NCBI RefSeq assembly: GCF_000143415.4
Contig: NW_003314266.1
Coordinates: 2,184,486 to 2,248,485 of the forward strand
DNA length: 64,000 bases
Origin: Selaginella moellendorffii
Taxonomy: Eukaryota > Plantae > Lycopodiophyta
Direction: 5' to 3'
The position numbers were made by a program, and so were the translations under genes. This document shows, in pieces, positions 11,134 through 25,074 of the stretch. The notes beneath the pieces were generated by a model. The model did no database searches. It worked only from the letters and a program-made list of their open reading frames with translations, and was not told the origin of the DNA. The first letter of the stretch is position 1; the number at the start of each line of letters is the position of its first letter.

Positions 11134-14100
11134 TGTCGCAAATGTAATTTCGGGTATCGAAAGTTACTTGTCGGCCAGTCCTTATAAACACTCTTTCCTT
11201 ATTGCCATGATGGCAGGAGGTCGGTATTGCTGGACCCGTTATCAATTTCCCACTTGAGCTAGTTGAGAAACTGGTTAATGACCATGGACTTAGATTGGAT
11301 AAACATAAGGTAGGTAGTTTGAGAAACTTGAATCATTGGCTTGCACTTGCTAGTATTAAGAACCCTCGCAATATTGAGTTTGGTCCTTCAATATCGCTAG
11401 ATGATAGCTTATCGTGTTTACCAAACACCTTCGCTATCATGCCCTTTGTGTTAGTCTCATTTCGGTCCTAAATGCTATTTATGGAAAGTATCTAGATTTG
11501 CTCATTTGGCATATCTATGGAATGTAAAGATTAACTTGAACACAATGGTGTTCGTCCCATGTCCAAATTCGCAATCTAGCACCATTCCATAATTAGTAAG
11601 TTTCAAGCTTGTCCTAGAGACTAACTTTTGATACTAAAGGAGGCTTGGGGTGAAAGCCCAAAGTATGTGTTCCTCAGGGAGGGGGGTGGTTCCAAATGTG
11701 TAGTAGGGATAGTGGGTAGATCGGGCATGGCTGACCAACCTGAGGCATAGTCTAGCTCCTGTTTGCATGTCTATCCTTATTTTGCATTCAGCTTGGGTCT
11801 AAGCCCAAGTTCCATTCCATGCTAGCTGGTGGAGCACCCATGTCCTCATGTTACACCACCGGTATGCCAAAATAGTGCCAAACTCCGTTTGGCTCCGTTT
11901 GGCGTGCTAGTCTTAGCATTGGGATGCTAGTTACTCTAGGATTGTTCCAAGTTGCTCTAGGCTTCTATCCCTTCGCTCATTGGGCTATATGCTTGGGAGT
12001 CGTTCTGTGCTCCAATACTAATGTTCCTTGGCTCCATGTTTGAGAGTTTGGCACCGTTCCTTTGTTCAGTGGCCCAAGGCCCTGAACCTTGAGTTCCACA
12101 CAATTGTCCTTGGGATGTATGGCATATGACATGTGGCATGTGTCATGTGGCATAAAGAAGGTTTAGGTTCCGCTTCGTGGTGTTATTCTATGGTAAATCA
12201 CCATAGGATATAGGGTAAAAACCACGTGTGCTATATTTGGTATTAGAGAATAAGTCTCAGCAAGTACTATACAATGAGATTGGGCAACTAGTCTCATTGC
12301 ATACGTAGAGATGAAAACGATGATCTGAGTGAGTACATGTTTGGGTGCAAAGATTTCGCGTTCGCTCCTTGGGTATGGATTTGGTCACCTTGTTGTACCT
12401 TATGATGTGAGCTTGCTCTTGGGCTCATAAAAGGATTGAGTTGTTCCGTTTACACGAGTTTGAGCTTGGGCTCATGAATGAGGCACATTAGCAACTCAAA
12501 GTTACATTTTGAGTTGGCAGGACTAATGTTAGCCTATCGGTAGTTCTATGTACCATGGGTGAAAGTAAACTTTCCCTGGGTTTGCTATAAGTGGCAAATA
12601 GGCTAGTCTGTAGTTGTTTAGCATGGCACTAGTGGATCCTTTCTAAACATGGTTACAAGTGGATCAATCAAGACTATAGAGATGAGTTTATTGATGATAG
12701 TTTTATAAATGGTGAGTTATAGGATGGATAACGGTAAAGCAATAAACCATTTTGTCTAGATTTGCTATTGGAAGACTTGGGTTGCAATGCTCAATTCTTT
12801 TCCGGGGAACCTTACTTTTGCTCCTTGAGTGGCTTGGTGTTCGATTAGTTTTGAGTTTGATCAAAAAGAGAGTGACATGAGTTTGTCCGTGTTATGAATA
12901 AAAATTAGTGGTATTGGGTGTTGTAAATTTCTATTGGTGGAGTGTGACATTTATGTTGCATTTTGTCGAATTGAGTTGGCACTTGATACTCACATAAACC
13001 TTTGTAGTAGTGATGTGGGCATTGCTTATGGTGTTGCTCAATTGATGATCAGGACATTGTGATTTATATCATATCCATGTGATAATGAGCAATGTGTTTA
13101 TGAAGTTGCTTGGTTAACAATGATCAACCCCAAAGTGGTTGATGGTGAGGCTAGTCTACTTACATATAGTAGCATTGTGGTAGCTTTGACTGGGTTCTTG
13201 ATGGTGGTCTATTATGCTAAGCTTAAGTTAGTACTTTGTTTCATTAAGCTTGCCCATTAAAGTGTTAGAAAGGGTTATAGCATTCACTTGCTATAACTTG
13301 TTGGTTGACCCGTTAACACTTGGAGTAAATTATTGGATGGAGAAGGTGTGTAGTTGAGGCATTGACATCACTAGCACTTGTGTTAGTGGAAGTGGCATTG
13401 TTAATTCGAGTGATGAGAAATTTTCTTTAGAGCTTGATTTTCTATATCATTTTTCTTGTTAGTGTTTTTCTTTCACATTGGATCTTGAAAGTAGTTGAAA
13501 AAGAATATTAGTGCAATATGGATATCTGAAGATATAATCTTTGTGATCAAGCCTTGGATGTTCCATTCGCATTTTGCGGATATCGATGTTGGATATCGGA
13601 AAAATGGGTAAAGATGTTCGATGCTTAAGCATACTATGGGTCATGAGAATTTGTGTTGAGGTGAACCTATATGAAGTTGTTAGTAGAAAAAAGTTGGTTG
13701 AGTTTTGAAAGTTTGTATTCCTGGACTGAAAGTCATTCTTTCTCTAGGATTGGGAAATTTCCACAAATTTTCTTAGACTTTTCCAATGGCTAATCTGTTA
13801 ATCACTTTGCTCGAAAACCATTTTGTTTTCGTAAGTCAGTACAAACTAGTGAAGAGGTTGGAATTAACTTTGGTTAGCCTAAACCTTAATAGGTAGTTTG
13901 TATGATGCGGCCCGAAAGGGATGCTCACTTTTAGGGCTAAGGCAATTAAGTTAGATAAAGTCTAGAGTTGGCATAGAAAAGTGGCCGTTGCACTTTTTTA
14001 AGAAGGGTGACCCTTGTGTATTTCTTCTGTAGCGTTATACTTGGTGGTAGGTTGCATCTTACATTTCATTAAACTCTATGAAAGTAGTGAGTTCTCACTG

Positions 14101-16592
14101 ATCTTGACTTGGTCTTGGTGGCCTTATGCCTTGGCTGAGGATAGTGATGTCCAACTTAGTTATTTGAGGTTGAAATATTAATACCCATTCTATAGTTTTG
14201 TCTATGAGGAGGTTGTGTACTAATATGAGTCCATCTTATGGTCTTCACTTTAGTTTCGACTAAGTGTTGATCATGCATAACTAGTCTCTTCAAGGCATGC
14301 TTAGAGCTATTGACTAGATGTGTTGGTGAGCTTATTGTGGTTGAGTTAGATTTGAGTGGTCATTTAGTTCGTGCTTGTCCATGAACTTTTATCTCGTACC
14401 TGGGATATTACATTCATGTTGGATGAGTATATGACTCGATGATATGAGTTTAGTGTTTGGGTCTTGTGAAGGCAAGTTGAATAGTGATTGTTGATTGCTT
14501 GTAAACTTTGTCAAAGACTGTTGACACTTGCTTCACTTGATGATGATTTAGCAATGATAGGTTTACTTTACTATTGCAGAGGATCGTGTCATTAGACTTA
14601 TATGGTTTTTCCATGTTAGCATATCGATTCTACATTTGTTGATATCATTTGGTTATGTTTAGTTCATGGTGTTGGATTTCATTGAGTTTTAGATGTGGTG
14701 ATTCACTCCTTGATGATATGTTATCTGAAACTGAGTAGTGTTGAAGGATTAATCCCAGATACTGACTAAAGTATCTTCGACTTTGGTTAGTTTAGTTGCT
14801 AGAGAGTTTTGAGTGGTGATTCACTCTTGCTTTCTTCTAGCTTTGTTTCAGTGTTAAAGTTGCTAGAGAGTTTTGAGTGGTGATTCACTCTTTGTTGGAT
14901 AGTGACTCCTATGTTTTTCAAACATGATGATCTTGGTGGTTCTTATACTCTACTACTAGTTTATCGGATGATAATTTATTTGGAATGCTTTTGTGTTCTA
15001 ATCTAAGATTTAATCACTAATAATTAAGCTTCTCCAATATCATTGTCTTTGACTTTGATATTATCCATCTATTGATCTTTGAGTTTTGGCCAGTATAGGC
15101 AGACTGACTTCGGCACTTCGTGTGCATGTTGAAATCTCTAGTCATAGGGTAGCTATTGTCGACTGGTTATATCACCTGCCTCTCTGTCGATGTTCCTTAT
15201 TCCATTTAAACAGCGTGACTATGTAAACAACTCTAACTACTTGTTTACAATAGTCTATCTAAACCTTACCGACGGGTTTGGTTTCTTTGCTCAAGAGGGT
15301 TAGGGCTTCTGGCTTCTCTTTTATGCCACTTGTGGGCAGGGGCGTATCACACTTTTGTAAGCTAGGTGACTCCCAGAGTAGCAAGGGTGGCTAACTCCAT
15401 TGGTCATTTCCTTGTTGGCGACGGCCGAAAGGTGTCTGAGCTGGTAGCGCATCCGCGTTAGACAAAGACGTTGCCTCCTAACTCATTTAAGTTAGTGCAT
15501 TTCTCACATAGTGTGATCACCATGAACTTTTTCTGGAATTGTTTCCTTGGTGGTGGTCTAAACTCGAGTGTGCATTGACGAGGACGTCGATCTTCCCTAG
15601 GGGGGGAGAGTGTTGCGAATGTGACTTCGAGTATCGAAAGTTATCTGTTGGCCAGTCCTTACGGACACTCTTTCCTTATTGCCACAATGGCAGGAGGTTG
15701 GTATTGTTGGATCCGTTATTAGTTTTTCACTTGAGCTAGTTGAGAAACTGGTTAATGATCATGGACTTAGATTGGATAAACATAAAGTAGGAACCCTATG
15801 TGTTTCTTGTTGAGCATACTCGACCTGGTTTGAGAAACTTGAATCATTGGCTTGCACTTGCTAGTATCAAGAACCCCACAATATTAAGCTTGGTCCTTCA
15901 ATATCACTAGATGATAGCTTACCGTGTTTGCTAAACACCCTTGCTATCATGCCCTTTGTGTTAGTCTCATTTCAGTCCCAAATGCTATTTATGGAAAGTG
16001 TCTAGATTTGCTCATTTGGCATATTTACAGAATGTAGAGATTGGCCTGAACACAATGGTGTTCATCCCGTATCCAAATTCGCAATCTAGCGCAATTCCAT
16101 AATTAGTAAGTTTCGAACTTGTCCTAGAGACTAACTTTTGATACTAAGGGAGGCTTGGGGTGAAAGCCTAAAGTATGTGTTCCTCAGGGGGGGGGGGTGG
16201 TTCCAAATGTGTAGTAGGGATAGTGGGTAGGTTAGGCATAATTTAACTCCTGCTTGCGTGTCTATCCTTGTTCTGCGTCCGGCTTGGGTCTAAGCTTAAG
16301 TTCCATTCCATGCTAGCTGGTGGAATATCCTGTCCCTTCACTCCTTAGGCTGTATGCTTGAGAGTTGCTCCATGGTTTGGTTCCGTCACTCTTTAGCTCC
16401 ATGCTTAGGAGTTTGGCACCGTTCCTTTGTTTAGTGGCCCAAGGCCTTAAACCTTGGGTTCCGCACCACTGTCCTTTGGACACATGGCATATGACACGTG
16501 GTATGTGTCACGTGGCATAAAGAGGGTTTAGGTTCCACTTCGTGGTGTTATCCTATGGTAAAGGATAAAGGGTAAAAACCACATGCGCTACA
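11134..16592 (+). mobile_element. Large non-autonomous LTR element (LARD-like), copy 1, with an internal deletion
   Basis: LTRs at 11134-12235 and 15611-16592 share diagnostic variants. PBS TGGTATTAGAG at 12238; PPT AGGGGGGGAGAG before 15611. About 2.3 kb is missing relative to the other copies, near 14860-14890. No gag/pol motifs recognised. Confidence 0.85.
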
Positions 16593-19500
16593 TTTGGTAT
16601 CAGAGGATGAGTCTCGGCGAGTACTATCCAATGAGATTGGGTGTCGCGAATGTGACTTCGAGTATCGAAAGTTACCTGTCGGCCAGTCCTTACGGACACT
16701 CTTTCCTTACTGCCATGATGGCAGGAGGTCGGTATTGCTGGACCCTTTATTAGTCCCTCTTGTTCAAGTGTTAGTAAATTGGACTTTGCATCTGTACTTG
16801 GCCGGATGAGCATAAGGAAGGAATTCCTAAGTGTCTATTTAGCTGAGCATACTTGGCCCGATTTGTTAGTTCTCTTTTGCTCTGTCTTGCACTGGCTTGA
16901 CAAGAACCCTTGCGTATTGAGATTGGTCCCTCAATATTGCTACATGATAACTTACCGTGTCTGCCAAACACCCTCGCTATCATGCCCTTTGTGTTAATCT
17001 CATTTTGGTCCCAAATGTTATTTACGGAAAGTGTTTAAATTTGCTCATTTGGCATATCTACGGAATGTAGAGATTGTCCTAAACACAATGGTGTTCGTTC
17101 CGTGTCCAAATTCGCAATCTAACACCATTCCACATTTAGTAAGTTTCAAGCTTGTCCCAAAGATTAACTCTTGATACTAAGGGAGGCTTGGGGTGAAAGC
17201 CTAAAATGTGTGTTCCTCAAGGGGGGGGGCTGTGGGGGGTTCCAAATGTATAGTAGGGATAGTGGGTAGGTTAGGCATGGCCAACTAATTTGAGGCATAG
17301 TCTAGCTCCCGCTTGCGTGCCTGTTTTTATTCTGCGTCCGGCTTGGGTCTAAGCCCAAGTTCCATTCCATGCTAGCTGGTGGAGTACCCCTGTCCTCGCG
17401 TTAGGCCACTGGTATGCCGGAATAGCGCCAGACTCCATTTAGCTCTGTTTTGCGTGCTGGTCCTGGCATTGGGATGCTAGTTACTCTAGGACTGTTCCAA
17501 GTCGCTCCGGGCCCCTGTCCCTTCGCTCCTTGGGCTTTATGCTTAGGAATTGCTCCGTGGTTCAGTTCCATCACTCCTTGGCTCCACGCTTGGGAGTTTG
17601 GCATTGTTCCTTTGTTCATGCCACGTGACATATGCCACATGTCACATGCCACGTGTCCAAAGGAACGTGATATGGAACTAGAGGTTCAGGGTCTTGGGCC
17701 ACCAAAGAGGGTTTAGGTGCCGCTTTGTGGTGTTATCCTATGGTAAATCACCATAGGATAAAGGGGCAAAACCACGTGCGCTACATTTGGTATAAAAGGA
17801 TGAGTCTTAGCGAGTATTATCCAATGAGATTGGGTAACTAGTCTCATTGCATACGCAGAGATGAAAACAATGATCTGAGTGGGTACACGTTTTGGTGCAA
17901 AGGCTTCGCAATCGTTCCTTGGGATGGAGTAAGCTATACCGTTAGCACGAGTTTAAGCTTGGGCTTGTGAGTAAGGCGCATTAGCAACTCGAGGATACAC
18001 TTTGAGTTGGCAGGATTAATGTTAGCCTATCGATGGTTCCATGAGTTGTTCCATGTACCATGGGTGAAAATAAACCTTCCCTGGGTTTGCTATGAGTGGC
18101 AAATAGACTGGTCTGTAGCTATTTAGCATGGCACTAGTGGATCCTTCCTAAGCATAATTACTAGTGAATTAATCAAGATTATAGGGATTAGTCTATTGGT
18201 TCAAGTAGTCATTACCATGCTCTCTCATAAACTTTTCTTGGATTGGATTGAAAGCAATGTGAACGCAAAGCTTGAGGTTTAGTCAAAAGATGAGACCGAA
18301 AAGAGAGTTGTCGAGGACAAAGGATCAAACACATAAATCATCTTCTCTTCTTGGAGAGATGATTTGCAACGAGGTGTAACTCATTGTTCGTGTTCACATT
18401 ATGCAATCAAGAGTCTCTACTTTGATGCATATTGGAAATGATAGTCTTTTAAATGATGAGTTGTGGGATGGATAGTGGTGAAGCGCTAAACCATTTTGTC
18501 TAGGCTTGCTATTGAAAACTTAAGTTACAATGCTCAATTCTTTTCCAGGGAACCTTGTTATTGCTCCTTAAGTAGCTTGGTGTTGGATTAGTTTTGAGTT
18601 TGGTTGGAAAGAGAGTGGCATGAGCTTGTCTGTGTTGTAAACAAAAGTTAGTGGTATTGGGTGTTGTAAATCTTTATTGGTGGAGTGTGGCATTTATGTT
18701 GCATTTTGTTGAATTGAGTTGACACTTCATAGTCACATAAGCTTTTGAAATAATAACATAAGTGTTGCTCATGGTGTTGCTCGATTGATGATCAAGTCAT
18801 TGTGATATTTATATCATATCTATATGATAGTGAGCAATGTGTTTACAAAGTTGCTTGGTTAAATGATGATCAACTCCAAAGTGGTTGATAGTGAAGGTAA
18901 TCTACTTGCACGAAGTAGCATTGTAATAGCTTTAACTGAATTCTCGTTGATAGTCCATTATGCTAAGCTTAAGTTGATTCCTTATTTCCTTGAGGGTTTG
19001 CCCATAAGGTGTTGGAAAAGGGTTATAGCATTCACTTGCTATAGCTTGTCGGTTGATCCATTAACACTTGGAGTAGATTGTTGGATAGAGAAAATGTGTA
19101 GTTAAGGCATTGACATCACTAACACTTGTGTTAGTGGAAGTGGCATTATTATTTCGAGTGATAAGGAATTTTCCTTAAAGCTTGATTTTCCATGTCATTT
19201 TTCTTGTTACTGTTTTAGCTTCATATTGGATCTTGAAGATGGTTGAAGAAAAGTATTAGTGCAATGTGGATATCCGAAAATGTGGTCTTCGTGATCAAGC
19301 CTTGGATATTCACTTTGCATTTGGCAGATGTTGGTGTTGGATATCGGTTATATGAGCAAAGATGTTCGATGTTTAAGCATATTGTTGGATCATGAGAATT
19401 TGTGTTAAGGTGAATCTATGTGAAGTTGTTAGTAAGAGGAACTTGGTTGAGTCTTGAAAGTTTGTATTCCTGGACTAAAAGTCATTCTTTTTCTAGGATT

Positions 19501-21128
19501 GAGAAATTTCTTCAAATTTTCTTAGACTTTTTCAATGGCTGATCTATTGATTACTTTGCCCGAAAACCATTCTATTTTATTAAGCCAATACAAACTAGTG
19601 AAGGGGTTGGAGTTAACTTTGGTTAGCTTAGACGTTAGTAGGTAGTTTGTACGATGCGACCCAAAAAGGATGCTAACTTTTGGGGCTAAGGCAATTGAGT
19701 TGGATAGAGTCTGGAGTTGGTGTAGAAAAGTGGCTGTGGCACTTTTCTAAGAAGGGTGATCCTTGTGTTTTTCTTCTGTAGCGTTATGTTTGGTGGTAGG
19801 TTACACCTTGCATTTTGTTAAACTCTATGAGAGTAGTGAACTCTCATTGATTTTGACTTAGTCTTGGTGGCTCTGCTCCTTGGCTGAGGATGGTGATGTC
19901 CAACTTAGTTGTTTGAGGTTAAGATATTAGTACCCATACTATAGCTTTGTCTAAGTGGAGGTTGTGTACCAATATGAGTTCATCTTATGGTTTTCACTTT
20001 AGTTTCGACTGAGTGTTAATCATGCATAGCTAGTCTCTTCAAGGCATGCTTAGAGCCATTGACTAGATGTGTTGGTGAGCTTGTCACGGTTGAGTTGGAT
20101 TTGAGTGGTCTTTTAGTTCGTGCTTGTCCATAAACCTTTATCTTGTACCTGGGGTATTATGTTCATGTTGGACAAGTGTGTGACTCGATGACAAGAGTTG
20201 GTGTTTGGGTCTTCTAAAGGCAAGTTGAAGAGTGATTGTTGGTTGCTTTGCAATTAATGATTGCTTATAAACTTTGTTGAGAACTATTAACACTTGCTTC
20301 ACTCGATGATGATTTAGTAGTGATGAGTTTACTTTATCGGATGGTGTTGCGGAGGATCGTGTCGTTAGATTATATGGTTTTTCCATGTTAGCATATCAAT
20401 TCTACCTTTGTCGATATCATTTGATTGCGTTTAGTTCGTAATGTTGGATTTCATTGAGTCTTGGATATAGTGATTCACTCCTTGAGGAAGTGTTATCTAT
20501 AATTGAGTTTTGTTGAAGATTTGGTCTCAAATACCGGCTAAGGTATCTTTGACTTTGGTTAGCTTAGTTGCTAAAGAGTTTTGAATGGTGATACACTTAT
20601 GCTTTCTTCTAGACTTGTTTTAGTGTTGATGGTATTGAAGTGATGCCTTGTTATTGATATTATTGATATTAAGATTCAAGTGAGATGAGATGTCTATCCT
20701 TAGGATTGATATTGAGTTTTATTGGTCTCGATGAAAATAATGTTGATGATTTGGCTATGGCTTTGTGTTGTTAGCATTCGCGCATATGCTAATTAGCAAC
20801 TGTGTTGATGTTCAAATGAATTGAGTGGCAAGTTTGAGTTAGTTGTGTTCTAGACGAGATTATTTAGTAAGGGTTTAGCTTTGGCTTTTCCTTGACAAGT
20901 GATTCAGTTGTGGACTATACTAACTCTACAAGCGGAAGAGTTAGTGGTCGATATTGAAATGTTTGAATCGTTATTGGATTTATGTTAGGATATATCGATC
21001 ATTGATGATTCTTCTTGTGTTTATTATGAAGTGAGTTACGTTTTGCTATAGATGGATTCATGGAAGATCGTTTAGTGATCATTTGTTGAGCATAACTTCG
21101 TTATGCTTGGTTTTTGGATTGATGCAGA

Positions 21129-22096
21129 TGTAGCGCACCTTATCTCTCTCCCCTTAAGTCAACTGGAAAAGGGGCAATTGCTTGATGAGAGAACCCTTAG
21201 TGGCTATTTTATCCCCATTTATCCCCCAAGGTTCCAAGGATCCACGGTGACAGTATATCTAAATCTCATCCCATGATCACATGCGCTACATTCACCCCCC
21301 CCCCTCCCCCCCTCAGAGATGTTAATGTCCTCATTGACTATTGACTAATAACCCCTACTGAGCCAAAGGGAACCAACACTTTCATTTCCGCACTCAATCT
21401 ACTAATCCTTCCATTGTGTAGATCAGCTATTCCATGTGAGGCAACTAGTCATCCACCCGTACCGCAGTCCCATGGTGGATACCTTCGTCCATGGATACTC
21501 CACACAAAAGGAAGGATATACGCATGAATGCCCAATTCGTATGATTTCAAATTTAGGGTAGGAATATACCTTGCTCAAGGGTATCCCATGATCACATACG
21601 CTACACTCACCCCCCCCCCCCCCTATTGACTAACAACCCCTACTGAGCCAAAGGGAACCAGCACTTTCATTTCCGTACTCAATCTACCAATCCTTCCATT
21701 GTGTAAACTAATTATTCCATGTGAGGTAACTAATCATCCACCCGTACCGCAGTCCCATGGTGGATACCTTCGTCCATGGATACTCCACACAAGAGGAAGG
21801 ACATACGGATGAATGCCCAATATGTATGATTTCAAATTTAGGGTAGAAATATACCTTGCTCAAGGGTATATTATATTTTTAAGTAGCCACTAATCAATGG
21901 GAATTGAACCCGTGCCATTTGCTCTGATACCAACTGTAGCACACCTTATTTTTCTCCCCTTAAGCCAACTGAAAAAGGGGCAATTGCTTGATGAGAGAGC
22001 CCTTAGTGGCTAGTTTATCCCCATTTATCCCCCAAGGTTCCAAGGATCCACGGTAACAGTATATCCAAATCTCATCCTATGATCACATGCGCTACA
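21129..22096 (-). mobile_element. TRIM (terminal-repeat retrotransposon in miniature) with 162-bp LTRs and TSD GCAGA
   Basis: LTRs at 21129-21290 and 21935-22096 (TGTAGC...GCTACA). iMet PBS complement GCTCTGATACCA at 21921-21932; poly-C PPT complement after 21290. TSD GCAGA at 21124-21128 and 22097-22101. Confidence 0.95.
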
Positions 22097-24158
22097 GCAG
22101 ATGTGCTCTTCATTAGCTTTACATTATGAAGTTTGGTTTATAGATATGTTGAGGAGGATATTGTGGGTTGTACCATGGTTTCTTCTTTAGCTTTGAAATT
22201 AGTTCATGAGAGACTTATGATCATTGTTAGGCACGACTTGGCTATAAGCTTCTTCAAGCTTTTGGTTCTTTGAGTTTTATGCTCATTGTTCCAGTTGTTA
22301 GAAGTTGTTGGGGAAGGCATTTTGGCTTGTTAGCTTGATATTAAAGTTAGTATTTGCATCTGGCAATCATTGGTGATGATTAACTATCATCTAAAATAGT
22401 TGATTATCCTTATCAAAAGTTTTGCTTAATTATTGTTGTTATAAAATGATTTGCCATTCTTCGGGATGGTAAATTCTTTCTTCAACAATGATTATGCATC
22501 TCCTCATTGGTGGGATGATTGATGTTCTTTCATGATGGTTAATTGTTTTCTTTAATGGCTTTTGGCTTTTCGCAATACCACATGTTCTTTGTGGTTTGCT
22601 TTGGATTGGTCTCTTGGGTTTGAAATATCAATAGGATGTTGCTGACACTTGCTTAGACAAACTTTGGTTCCTTGATATTATTGACTAGGATCTATTCAGA
22701 TTAATTAGTGCGATAGTTGGCATGTTGGTTTTACTATATTCATTCTATTCTATTGATTGTTGCTCGAGTTAGTTCTGATAGATTGGGATGTTATTTCCTT
22801 TAGGTGATACATTCGCGAGCATTTTGCTTGCCAGTCGATGATACTTGGTGTTCTTTGAGTTGTCTTTAGTGAGTTGTTTGGCATATTATTTACAACCTTC
22901 GATAGTTAAGTTTTATCATTGAGTTTTCTTGATGATAGTTTGGCTATTGAATTTTGTTGGATGGTGAATCCTATATTTCCAAAAATATGATGATGTTGGT
23001 GGTTCCTATCTACTATAATATTGGTTTATCAGATGATAACTTACTTGGAATCCTTTTGTGCTCTAATCTACAATTTAATTACTGGTAATTAAGTCTCTAA
23101 GATATCATTGTATCTGATTTTGATATTGTTCATCTATTGATCTTTGAGTTTGAGTCAGTATAGGCAAACTGGCTTCAACACATCTTGTGCATGTTGAAAT
23201 CTTTAGTCATGGGGTAGCTATTGTCGACTGGTCATATCACTCGCCTCTCTATCGATGTTCCTTATTCTGTTCGAAAGGGCGTGACTGTGTAAACAACTCT
23301 AACTGCCTGTTTACAGTAGTCTATCTAAACCTTACCGATGGATTTGGTTTCTTTATTTAGGAGGGTTGGGGCTTCTGGCTTCTCTCTCTATGTCCTTGTA
23401 GGCAAGGGTGTATCACACTTTTGTAAGCTGGGTGACTCCTAGAGTAGCAAGGGTGGCTGACTCCATTGGTCATTTCCTTATCGACGACGGCCGGAAGGTG
23501 TCTGAGCTAGTAGCGCATCCGCGTTAGAAGCATTTCTCACATAATGTGATCACTATGAATTTTTTCTGGAGTTGTTTCCTTGGCGGTGGTCTAGACTTGA
23601 GTATACATCGACGAGGATGTCGATCTTCCCTAGGGGGGGAGAGTGTCGTGGATGTGACTTTGGGTATTGAAAGTTACCTATTGGCCAATCCTTACGGACA
23701 CTCTTTCCTTACTGCCACGATGGCATGAGGTTGGTATTGCTAGACTTTTTATTAATCCCTTTTGTTCAAGTGTTAGTAAATTGGACTTTGCATCTGTACT
23801 TGGCCGGATGAGCATAAGGAAGGAATTCCTAAGTGTCTATTTAGCTGAGCATACTTAGCCCGGTTTGTTAGTTCTCTTTTGCTCTGTCTTGCACTGGCTT
23901 AACAAGAACCCTCGCGTATTGAGATTGGTCCCTCAATATCGCTACATAATAGCTTACCGTGTTTGCCAAACACCCTCGCTATCATGCCTTTTGTGTTAAT
24001 CTCATTTTGGTCCCAAATGCTATTTACGGAAAGTGTCTAGATTTGCTCATTTGGCATATTTACGGAATGTAGAGATTGTCCTAAACACAATGGTGTTCGT
24101 CCTATGTCCAAATTCGCAATCTAACACCATTCCACATTTAGTAAGTTTCAAACTTGTC

Positions 24159-24521
24159 NNNNNNNNNNNNNNNNNNNNNNNNNNNNNNNNNNNNNNNNNN
24201 NNNNNNNNNNNNNNNNNNNNNNNNNNNNNNNNNNNNNNNNNNNNNNNNNNNNNNNNNNNNNNNNNNNNNNNNNNNNNNNNNNNNNNNNNNNNNNNNNNNN
24301 NNNNNNNNNNNNNNNNNNNNNNNNNNNNNNNNNNNNNNNNNNNNNNNNNNNNNNNNNNNNNNNNNNNNNNNNNNNNNNNNNNNNNNNNNNNNNNNNNNNN
24401 NNNNNNNNNNNNNNNNNNNNNNNNNNNNNNNNNNNNNNNNNNNNNNNNNNNNNNNNNNNNNNNNNNNNNNNNNNNNNNNNNNNNNNNNNNNNNNNNNNNN
24501 NNNNNNNNNNNNNNNNNNNNN
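24159..24521. other. Assembly gap (N run)
   Basis: 363 Ns, falling over the poly-G tract of the LARD LTR. Confidence 1.
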
Positions 24522-25074
24522 GGTTCCAAATGTATAGTAGGGATAGTGGGTAGATCGGGCATGGCCAACCAATCTGAGGTATAGTCTAGCTCCCGCTTGC
24601 ATGCCTGTCTTTGTTCAGCGTTCGGCTTAGGTTTAAGCCCAAGTTCCATTCCATGCTAGCTGATGGAGCACCCATGTCCTCGCGTTAGGTCACCGGTATG
24701 CCGAAATAGTGCCAAACTATGTTTGGCTTTGTTTTGCGTGCTGGTCCTAACATTGGGATGTTGGTTACTCTAGGACTGTTCCAAGTCACTCCGGGCCCCT
24801 GTCTCTTCGCTCCTTCGGCTTTATGCTTAGGAATTGCTCCGTGGTTTGATTCCATCACTCGTTGACTCCACGCTTGGGAGTTTGACACCGTTCCTTCGTT
24901 CAATGGCCCAAGACCCTGAACCTCTAGTTCCACATCATGTTCCTTTGGACACGTGGCATGTGACATGTGGCATCTGTCACATGGCACAAAAAGGGTTTAG
25001 ATGCCATTTCGTGGTGTTATCCTATGGTAAATCACCATAGGATAAAGGGTCAAAACCAGGTGCACTACATTGGG

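Larger units (their letters stand above)
16642..25069 (+). mobile_element. LARD-like copy 2, full length, nested in copy 3 with 5-bp TSD TTGGG
   Basis: 5' LTR 16642-17785 (TGTCGCG...GCGCTACA), degenerate PBS at 17788, PPT, then 3' LTR 23644-25069 (contains the gap). TSD TTGGG at 16637-16641 and 25070-25074. Confidence 0.92.

Noticed and set aside
17340-17375. Hairpin CTTGGG-TCTAAG-CCCAAG followed by CTAG, resembling a Helitron 3' end
   Set aside because: Homology continues past CTAG in all copies, and the motif lies inside TSD-defined LTRs.
21129-22096. Cassandra-type TRIM
   Set aside because: No 5S rRNA-like segment recognised in the LTRs.
24033-24649. ORFs of 127-200 aa spanning the gap
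   Set aside because: Artefacts of Ns. Sister LTRs suggest only ~80 bp is missing.
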